Positions 1 through 9,611 of a DNA stretch of 64,000 nt are shown one piece after another (within the stretch, counting starts at the first letter, position 1; every line of letters starts with the position of its first letter). The notes beneath the pieces were generated by a model. The model saw only the letters and a program-made list of their open reading frames with translations, had not been told where the DNA came from and did no database searches. A program made the position numbers and the translations under genes. The stretch covers positions 631,822,958-631,886,957 of the forward strand of contig NC_133617.1 in the NCBI RefSeq assembly GCF_048593235.1, in the 5' to 3' direction. The stretch comes from Sminthopsis crassicaudata. Its lineage: Eukaryota.

Positions 1-918
1 AACAAAAAAGAAAGGAGACAGTATATGAGCAAATGGTACCAATTTTTCCTGAGATGGCAGACTTTTCTGTGATTCTGTGATTAGGAAAACCGCCTCCATG
101 ACCCAATCCTTCCCCATTATGTGTGTGGAGTCTGGATTGGAGTATGATACTTTGCCCTTATATCTTCTAGCAATCCTCACAAATAAGGGACTGTTATATT
201 CACATAGAAGCTCAATCCTGGTGAAACTGTTGGTTGTGACAGCTGCAACTTGAAATGTCTTTTGCCACCTTAGCAGGCTCAGATAATCAGCCAAGATAGA
301 AAGCCTCTGCTTTAACCACATTATCCTTCAGATTCCTCAGAGCCTGCTTTCTTAGGAGGCACTTCCTCTCAGCCTGTGGTCATTGAAGGAGAATCCTTGT
401 TTTCTAACTACTCCATAACTTCATCCAGCAGCCATCCTCTGCATGTCACATGCAGGGTATCATTAGCCCCCTGGCTTGTCCTTCCACTCAATTCCATTAT
501 CTCCTTTTCACCATTCCTTCAAGAGCCAAAGATAATCTATTGGCCGTATTAGTGAAGGGGTTTGTTGTGACCAGCACAGCACAAATGGGCTAGTGGAGGT
601 TGAAAAGAAGATGGGATTGCTGATAATTCAACAGAGCAGTTTATTAAGCGAAATCATGCTTAGATATCTTAAAAACCATATGCTATTATGAAAAGCATTG
701 TTCTGTGACCATTCCTGGTTTCTGTTTTCTATGATCTAACTCTCTGAAGCATATTGTTAGTTTCTAGAGACTCAATCTTGTGTAAAGTTCACAGTGCCCC
801 AGTAACATGCCAGAACTTTGTTTTCTCATAATTTCAAGTTTAAATGCACCCTTGATTAATCTTAGGAAAAGGGGAACATCCCAGTTACCAGAGTCTCTAG
901 CTTCCTGGGGATTCTGTA

Positions 919-990
919 CAGGATTCTTAACCTTTTTTGGGTCATGGAGCCCTTAGCAGTCTGGCAAAGCTGAAGCCCCTTCTTGGAATT
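919..990 (+). mobile_element. hAT-Charlie (Charlie4-type) DNA transposon relic, left end
   Basis: caggattcttaaccttttttgggtcatggagcccttagcagtctggcaaagctgaagccccttc resembles the recalled Charlie4-type left terminus; the rest of the element appears at 3360-3984. Confidence 0.6.
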
Positions 991-1490
991 TTTTTTTTTT
1001 TTAATTTCCATTAAGCTATGTTATGAAAGAAGATAGACTAAAAGAGAAAAAGCATGCTTCAATCAACATTCAGACTCCATCAAGTGTTTCTCTGAAGATG
1101 GAAAGCTTTTTAAATAATTTAGAATTGTCCTGCAATGTTGTATTGCTGAGAACAGTTGTACAATATTGCCATTACTGTGCACAGTGTTCTCCTGGTTCTG
1201 CTCATTTCACTTTGTATCAGTGAATGATACAATGATATAATTGGAAATGAAAGGATCCAAATCAGTTCCAATTGATCAGTAATGAACAGAACCGGCTGCA
1301 CCCAGCAAAACAACACTGGGAAATGTGTGGACCACAACATAGCATTTGCACTCTTTCTGTTATTATTTGCTTGCATTTTTGTTTTTCTTCCCAGGTTATT
1401 TTTACCTTCTTTCTGAATACGATTTTTCTTATGCAGCAAGATAACTGTATAAATTGTATACATATGTTGTATTTATGTCCTTTAACATAT
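991..1490. mobile_element. Two L1 3'-end fragments (minus about 991-1220, plus about 1225-1490)
   Basis: Reverse-strand ORF2 end (QSEMSRTRRTLCT) with T-tract at about 990-1003, then a forward marsupial L1 3'UTR (caaatcagttccaattgatcag...gatttttcttatgcagcaagataactg). Confidence 0.8.
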
Positions 1491-1499
1491 TTGCTGCAT

Positions 1500-3300
1500 T
1501 TTTCTTCAGCTATGTCTATTGTGTATTTCTCTTCATCTTATTTTCCCTGTTTATTCTTTTTCTCTCCTTACATGCAGAAATTTTGCTTATGACTATTCTC
1601 TTCCCCATTTCCCCTTCTCTTATTTCACATATGTCCCCCCTCTTCTTATTCCATTCCCTTACTACTTTCTGTAGGATTTCTATTTTTCTATATTTCTATT
1701 CCCAAGTGTCTATTTTTCCTTTTTTTTTGGAGCCAATTCCAATGAGAGTAAAGTTCAAGTACTTCCCCTTATTTCCCCTACACTGTAAAAATTCTTTGTC
1801 TCTCTTTTATATGATAATTTATCCTATTCTGTCTCTCTTTTGCCTTCCCCAGTGCAATCCTCTCTCCACACCACTTTTTATTAGATATAATCCCATTATA
1901 GTCAAATCACCTTGTCTCCCTGTCTATTCATATTCTGTTTTAATGAAAGTTCTGAGGAATTACAAATCTTTTTTTCCCATATAGGAATGTAAGCAGTTTA
2001 AACTTATTGAATCCCTCATGATTTCTTTCCTATTTACCTTTTTATGCATGAGTTTCATATTTGAAAGTCGAAATTTCTATATTCAGCTCTGGGCTTTTCA
2101 CCGGGAATGCCTATAATATTCTTGGGAGTTCTTATTTTGAGATCTTTTCCAGGAGGTAACCAATGGATTCTTTCAATTTATATTTTACCCTTGATTGGCT
2201 TTGGAAAATGAGTTTTCCTTGTTAATTTCTTGAAAGATGATGTGTAGGCTTTTTTTTGGGGGGGAGGGGGAGGTGGAGTGGATCAGAGTTTTCAGCTAGT
2301 CCAAGACTTTTTAAAATCATCTCTCTTAGACCTATTTTCCAAGGTCAGTTGTTTTTCTGGGATATTCCACATTTTTTTTTTCTATCTTTTTCATTCTTTT
2401 GATTCTTATTTCTTGTTGTCTCAGATAATTCTCATTTTCAAAGAAATATTCTCTTCAGCGAGTTTTTATCCCTCCCTTTTCACTTGGCCAGTTCTGCTAC
2501 TTAATGAGTTCTCTTCATGGGATCTTTGTACCTCTTTTTACCACTTGGTCTATTTTTTTTTTTTTTTTCATTATTCTCTTGCTTTACTCTCATTTCTAAT
2601 GTTTTTCTCTCTTATTCGAGCATTCCAATGAATTCCTTTTGGGCTTGAGACCAATTCACATTTTCCTTGAGACTTTGGATGCAGCATTTTTAATTCTTGT
2701 CTTTGAATTTGTTTTAATCTTCTCTATCACCATAGTTAACTTTCTATAGTCAGTTTCTTTTTTGTTGTTTTCCAGTCTACTTTTTGACTTTGAACCCTTA
2801 TGTGAAGATGGTACTGTTCCCTAAATGGAGGGGGCACTGTCCCAAACTTCAGTGCTGCTGTCAGAGGTAGTTCTGGGAGCCCTTAGTTTTCAGTTCTTCC
2901 AAAGTGGTATGATCTAAGGACAGATGGAGTCACTGCTTTCTTGACTGTGCTATGGTCTTTTCTGTGGTTTGAGTCTCCACTCCCTTGCAGCTACAAACTC
3001 TGCTGTGCTAGTGCTTCTCACCCTGAGACTGAGACATGGATGTGCATATGAACAACACAATATTATCCTGTACCAAGTGTCAGCAAAGGGATCCATTACC
3101 ATCTGGATGGGCCACAACTGATTCGGTCATCTCCCCAAAACTTGCTCATGTCTTCCTGGGGTGTTGCCTGCACTTTACTCTCACACCTGGTGAGACTGAT
3201 CTTTCCTACTGACCTCACCCCATCCTTTTGTGTATTCTGATGCTCCAGAATTCTTTTTGAGGTATTAAAAAAAGTTGTTTAACAGAGTATTTGGGAGAGC
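1500..3300 (-). mobile_element. Degenerate L1 ORF1/5'UTR region
   Basis: T-rich plus strand; reverse complement contains ORF1-like gaccttggaaaataggtctaagagagat and ttgaaagaatccattggttacctcctggaaaagatc; no intact ORF. Confidence 0.7.
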
Positions 3301-3359
3301 TCAGGGTTTAAGTCCCTGCCTTTTCTTTTTTCTTGGCCTTGCACTACACCCCAAAGTTA

Positions 3360-3984
3360 GCATAAAATGCGTAAGATTACAAAGAAAACCAATTCTGTTG
3401 AAATTAACTCACCAAAATATTTTAAAAATTTTTAATAGCTTTTTATTTTCAAAATACATGCAGTTTTTGACATTCACCCTTGCAAAACCTTACATTCCAA
3501 ATTTTTTTCCCTCCCTTGCCCCCACTCTCCCCTAGACAGCAAGTAATCCAATATAGGTTAAATGTGTACAATTCTTTTTAAAATATATGTATATATATTT
3601 TTTATTTATTTAAATTATTTAATTTTATTTATATTTTTTATGTGTAGAATTGTATATATAAATTTTATTAAAGCTTTTTAATTTTCAAAACATGCATGGA
3701 TAATTCTTCAGCATTAGCCCTTGTAAAACCTTGAATTCCAATTCCCTCCCCCCTTTCCACTCACCCTCCCCTAGATGGCAAATAATCCAATATATGTTAA
3801 ATATGGTAGAAATATGTTAAATCCAATATATGTATACATATTTATGTAATTATCATGTCACACAAGAAAAAAGAGAAGCACAATAAAATGCAAGCAAACA
3901 ACAAAAAAGTGAAAATGTGTGCAATATCTAAACACAAAATATTTTTTTCTAAAATGTTCCCAGATCCCAGGTCAAGAAACCTTG
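3360..3984. mobile_element. Continuation and right end of the Charlie element, interrupted by two minus-strand L1 3'UTR fragments (about 3420-3930)
   Basis: taagattacaaagaaaaccaattctgttgaaat (about 3375-3407) and right terminus cccaggtcaagaaaccttg (3966-3984) flank two copies of tagcttttatttt...ccctagayrgcaartaatccaata. Confidence 0.55.
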
Positions 3985-4429
3985 CCTTGGGGCATTTATC
4001 AAATCTGGATTTAAGTCCCAGTTATGCCACTTGCTATGATCTTAAATAACTCACTTAATTTCTCAATTTTTAAAACAAATAAGTTAACATCATTCCAATG
4101 AACTTATAATTAAGAATGCAACATACCTTCTATCAATCAATGGCTTAGTGTAAAATTAGACATTTTTAGGCATAGCTAAAATAGGAATGTTTTACATGAC
4201 TGTTTATTACAAAGATTTTTTATTTTCCTTCTGGGAAGGGGGAAGAGAAGAAAAGCAAGATGAAAGAAATTTAAAATTTAAAATGTTTCATAATTTTTTA
4301 ATAATTAAAATTAATAATTATTTAATAATTTAATAATTTATTAATTTTTTTTATTTTATTATTTTCTTTAAACCCAATTCTTAGAATTACAAAAGTATTA
4401 CCACTTAAAAGAAAAATCTTTCTTGCTAG

Positions 4430-5416
4430 TTACATTCTTTGTGGCCTCTATTTAAAAAGCAGCTTCGAAGGGAGGAATTTATGGCCAGAGAAATGGAGAA
4501 CATTATGAAATACAAAATGGATAATTTTGATTACATTAAATTAAAAAGGTTTTGCATAAATAAAACCAATGCAGCCAAGAGTAGAAGGAAAGCAGAAAGC
4601 TGGCAGTTTTTACAGCCAGTATTTCTGATAAAAGAAGGCCTAATTTCTATAAATATACAGAGAATCGACTTAAATGCAAATTAAGACAGATCTGATGACA
4701 ATCAGACAATCTCAGATTGGCTAAGATTATAGGAAAAGATGAAAAATGTTGGAGATGTGGGAAAAACTGGGGACATTAATGCATTGTTGGAATTGTGAAC
4801 TGCTCCAACCATCGAGAGCAATTTAGAACTAAGTCCCAAAAGTACGTCCTTTGGATCCAACAGGGCTGTATCCTAGAGATCACAAAAGAGGAAAAAGGAC
4901 CCTATGTGCAAAATTTTTGTAGAAACTTTTTGCAGTGGCAAGGAAATTAAGTGGATGCCTATCAGCCGAGGAATTGTTGAATGTTATGATTTATGAATGT
5001 AATGGAATATTATTGTTCTGTAAGAAATGAGCAGGTTGATTTCAGAAAAGGCTTTTTAAAAGAGTGATATGAACTGATGCTGAGTGAAGTGAGCAGAACC
5101 GAGAACATTGTACACAGCAATTATGTGATAATCAACTATGACAGTTATCATCCACATCCAGAGAACTATGGATCAAAGCATATTTTCATCTTTTTATAAT
5201 TCTTGCTTGGGTTTTTTTTCCCCTCTTTTGATCTGATTCTTTTTGTGCAGCAAGATGAATCTGGAAATATGTTTGGAAGAATCACACATTTAACCTATAT
5301 TGGATTGTTTGCTATCTAGGGGAGTATGGGGAAGAGAGGAAGATTTAGAACACAGGGTTTTGCAAAGGTGAATGTCGAAAACTATCTTTGCATGTATTTG
5401 GAAAAATAAAATATTT
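4430..5416 (+). mobile_element. L1 ORF2 C-terminus plus 3'UTR, internally deleted
   Basis: Translation KMDNFDYIKLKRFCINKTNAAK, followed by marsupial L1 3'UTR ending gaaaaataaaatatttt. Confidence 0.85.
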
Positions 5417-6506
5417 TAAAAAGATAATTGCTTGAAAGGGGAGAAAAAAGTTGGGAAAGTTAAAAATCCACATTTCAGCTGGCTCCCGTCTTCCCCAAGA
5501 TCAAAGCATACAACGAGGGTGAAAACAAAAAACCTTTGGAGAGGGCAAAGAAGGGGAACAAGTGGCACATTCAAGAAGTGATGGTAAATCAATAACTGGT
5601 GGCAAAAAGGAACCACATTGCCACACAATCCAATTCCAATAACTGGCCAAATGAACACATCCCCCTACTCCCTAGCCCCAACCTGCTTCATTTTTATTTT
5701 TGTTTTCATTTTTATTTTTTAATTTTGTACATCTTTTCATTCTTGTTTGTAGGTTCCCAGAACTTAGCCTAGATCTAACAAAATAGCAGATATTTGGTCA
5801 AAGCTTGCTGGCTATCTGACCAAAATGGAGCAAGGGTGCCACCTCTAAATTCTTAAAAGCAGTTTACTAAGGAAACGCACAAGTGCAAAACTCCCATGGG
5901 ATGAGCCTTGACCCAAACCCTGACCCAAGGAGAAAAAATATGGGATTTTCCTTTGAGAGAGTGTGAGAACATTTAGATTGAGAAAAAAGGATTATACAAT
6001 CTTTTAGAGACACCCTATGACTGATGGCCCCTAAGCCATGCTGCCCTACCCAGTCCAGTTTCTAAAATCCATCCAATAATAATTCTGTGACCCACGCTAC
6101 AGTTCCAAAGAGACACTGAGATAAGAACGTTGGAAGGGAAGATTTTACTGAAGACCTCTTTCCTACTAATAAATAGAGGCACCAAAGCAGCCTTTTTTTC
6201 AAGCAGCGTCAGTTGCCTCCATCTTCACCCTCTGGAATCAGGGCATGGTAGACAAACTTCATCTGTCTTTAAGGAATTCAAGATAGGGCAACTACATATG
6301 TACTCCACAAGTAGCCTGATGACCCCCATGTGTCAAGTAAGGGCTTCAGTGACAATGACCACACATCTGAAAAGCAGGCAGTCTGAGCCATCCTGGTCAT
6401 GTATCTGAGGCCCAGTAGATGAGTTTCCCAAACCTTTCTGACACTCACTCTCTCTAGCCCTAGAATGTGTGGGCAGTGGTAGTGATGGCAGCTTTTCTGG
6501 CAGAAA

Positions 6507-7970
6507 TTAGGGGGAATCCTGATGAGCAGGGGATAAAATAAAGTTAAACTTAAATTCTTCCTCTGGAAGAGACACAGAATTCATCCTTCCTCCTGGCCGA
6601 TGCCTGCAGATCCGGCTACTCTTCCTCCGGATGGCCTCTTCAACGGGGATCACCCGAGCAGATCGAGCTGCTACAGAAAAGAGATCAAACACCAGGTCAG
6701 AGCTGGAGAAGCAGAACTAAACAATTGTTAGTCACCAAGTCTCAGGGCATTGGAAAGAAAAAAATTCCCTGCAATTCTTTGCCCTCTCCTCTACCTTTCT
6801 TTTCTCAAGGCTCTGTCTCTACCTTAATGATGGAGCAGCGCCAGGACGCCACAATTCCACTGTTCTCAACTGCAGTTTCTCCATCTATAATAAGACTAGA
6901 ACCCTATAAGGTCAATTTCAACTTTAATTTTATGATAGTATGAAATACAAACAGGGCCTCCATTACTTCCGGGCCCCTTGGGCAAGCCATCTGTAGGTCT
7001 GGCCTTCTATCTGTAGAAGCTCAAATGCCCATCAACAGCATATTCCTGACCTCAGAACTAGTAAATGTGGGATCTTTTCGGCCCAAGCTACTGGGCTTCC
7101 CGGAGTCCTCCTCTGAATCTAGGTCTTCCACTCCCGAGTCATTAGGAGGACTTGGCAGAGGAACGCCCTGCCCGCCTCACCAGCTTCCATGGCCTTCAGC
7201 GCTGCTTTCCGATCCTCCTCCATGCGGGCCCGGTAGTCCCCAAACAGTGACCGCATCACTTGGCGCTTCTTGGGCAGCTCAGCTCGATGACTCCGTAGGG
7301 TCCTGACCGCTCGAGCAACCTGTTCGGCTGAGAGGAGAGATGGGCACTGGGTGATGCTGCCGAGGCTTCTGAACACCCTCTCCCCGTAAGCCGGGCCAGG
7401 CCGGCGGCGTACCCTGCTTTGGGTTGGATTTCTGTGTCTTCAGGCCCAGCTCCAGCTGTTCCACGCACCAGTCCAGCTCCCTCTGCAGCCGCAGCTGCTC
7501 GTCCTGCTCCTGTGCATCAGAAAGCGGGGGTTCTCACAGGCAGTCTTATGTCAGTTAACAAGCAACGACCCATAAGGATGCTGTGCCATTTCCCGCCCGC
7601 GCAGGCCCTTCCAACGCGTGTCCCTCCTCTCCCAGGAGAGCATCCACCCCGGAAGTTGCACACAGTGCATAACCGAATCCCCCACCCCATCCTCTGGTCT
7701 TCTGCTGACGGGCAGCCCGGCCACCTCCTCGGCATCCCGGTCAGGGCCCGGCGCGCTCGACCCGGTCCCGGGACGCGGCGGCTGCTTCTTGCCCTTCTTG
7801 TTGGCCCCGCGGCCTCCTCCGACAGCCTCCGGCTTCCGCTCCGGCCCCTTCAGGCCCTTCGGTCGCGGCGCCTGGAGGAGGGAGATATCAGAAGCCACTG
7901 GGAGACCCGAGACCTCGAGAGCTTCCCGCTCAAATCCGCGAACCCCGCTCAGCCCAGCCCTCACCTCCAT
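6507..7970 (-). CDS. C8orf33: UPF0488 protein C8orf33 homologue (5 coding exons, about 186 aa)
   Basis: Exons (minus): 7965-7970 (ATG GAG/gtgagg); 7725-7871 (donor uncertain, alternative end 7686); 7413-7509 (ELDWCVEQLELGLKTQK); 7181-7327 (KKRQVMRSLFGDYRARME); 6507-6670 (EEEFKFNF...stop). Matches recalled UPF0488 motifs ELxWCVEQLELGL, SLFGDYRxxM and EEFxFNF; GT-AG phases consistent. Confidence 0.88.
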
Positions 7971-8330
7971 GCGCTCGACTAGTCACCGTGCAAATTCTGC
8001 AGTCAGTTCCGGGTCCGCTGCGGATTCCCTTCCTTCCGGAAACGCGATCTCGCTATCCAGTTCCGCTGCAATTCCTCTGCCAGCCGCTGGGGCTCCGGGA
8101 CAAAGAGGTCCAGGAGACTGCACGGGGCAGTCTGCGCACATGAGGGAAAGGGAAGGCTCCCGGACGTCAGCAAGGTAAGACCTAGTGGCCGCCTAGAGAT
8201 CCCTCCGCCACAGGCGGGCACATGCTCCCAGGACACGCCCATTACCAGCAGCCCCGACTCCCTCCACAGCACGGCCCCCGCCTCCATCCCCATCTCGCCA
8301 GAATGACCTGCTGCCTTTTCAGAGGCACTG
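7600..8330 (-). promoter_or_regulatory. CpG-island promoter of C8orf33
   Basis: High GC/CpG density around exons 1-2; TTCCGG/CCGGAA ETS cores near 8007, 8034 and 7649. Confidence 0.75.
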
Positions 8331-8399
8331 TACCTGTCCAGTGGCCGCTTCTTGCTTTCATTTAGTTGACCACCCTGTGGTAGCCCCCAAAACTCTCCC

Positions 8400-9175
8400 G
8401 TTATATTACTGTTTCTGCTCGTCTCAGTCCTACCTTTCTCTCCCTCGGAATTGTGCTGACTATAGGATGTAGCCCACAAGCACTTAATGTCTCAAACGGA
8501 ACCCACATCCCTCACTCCTAAATCAGCCTTCCCTCCTCTAATAGCATCCATGCCAGAAACTTCATTTTTTTGCGATTCATCCTCGCTCACTAATCCCTCG
8601 TACTTCCGGGTAGTCACGTTCTTTTACTGTCCCACAGCATACCACTCCCCGATTTTCACTTTAACATCTCTGGAGTTCTGGTCACTATTAACCATATTCA
8701 CTGGATGCTCTCCATTCTGTTGGATTCAGGTTCGCATACTCCCAAATCTATACACACCCCTGCATAACATCTTAAGAGAGTTTTGCCCTAGGATTTCCAC
8801 ATCCTAGTAGAGTCCCCTCATTTCCACTTGTCATCACCCGTTCATCTAACATGAAAGTCTTCCACACTCTGGCTCTAACTTAGCTCCCTATTCCCTTATC
8901 TTGTGGGTAAATTCTCTCTGAAGCTCATCTCATTTTCTTCTGCTTCAAAGCTCTTCCTCTACTTTTCCCACCTTGAGTAGCTCATATTTTCTCCAACTAC
9001 CTGACTCCTACCCAATCTTCAGGACCCAAGGTCAAATATTACATTTTTTTCCTGGACATTTCTTTCATCTAACCTTGTTAAAGTTATTGTCTGAACCTAA
9101 TAGTAACATTCCTAACTACTTCATATTTGTTAATCTTTGCTTCCAAGTAAGACCATAACCTTGTAGGTCAAGAAT
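8400..9175 (+). mobile_element. Ancient L2 fragments
   Basis: aagcacttaatgtctcaaacggaacccacatcc and pyrimidine-rich decayed sequence typical of L2 3' regions. Confidence 0.55.
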
Positions 9176-9398
9176 CACAGCTGCAAACTCCTCCCGGAGG
9201 AAAGCCAGGTAGATTGAATGGGCCACACCCATGCTTAAGCCTAATTAAAAACAAAATATGGAACCCAAAACACTCTTAAGGTACAAGTTCATCTCTGTTG
9301 TTGATTCAAGAGGGAGGGGACCTAATTGTCAAAGCTCCCAATCAATCATGATTTATCTTGGAGCAAGGAGGAGTAGCAGCAGGATTAGTAGTAGCCTT

Positions 9399-9404
9399 TT
9401 TATT
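9399..9404 (-). terminator. Candidate AMDHD2 polyadenylation signal AATAAA
   Basis: Plus-strand tttatt about 210 nt downstream of the stop codon; use not demonstrated. Confidence 0.5.
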
Positions 9405-9611
9405 TTGGAGAGAAGACTACAGAAGAGATCTTCCCGTGGAGTCCATGTTCAAGTTCAAGACTTGACTCAGTACTCTTTCAAGTATAAGGTCTAGAAGGGC
9501 CAGGAACTTCTATCTTCTTAGATATTTAAGACACCAAAGAAGCTGGCAACTTCAATGCAGATGCAGCAAATAGTGGAAGGCTGAGCAGAGTCCTGTCCTG
9601 GCTCCTGCCCA

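Noticed and set aside
6563-6590. Acceptor-like tctgtgtctcttccag/AG inside C8orf33 exon 5
   Set aside because: No nearby upstream GT donor within the exon, and the reading frame is continuous and homologous through it
7419-8178. Long plus-strand ORFs (187 and 186 aa) antisense to C8orf33
   Set aside because: Stop-poor GC-rich CpG-island sequence; Pro/Ser/Ala-rich with no recognisable homology
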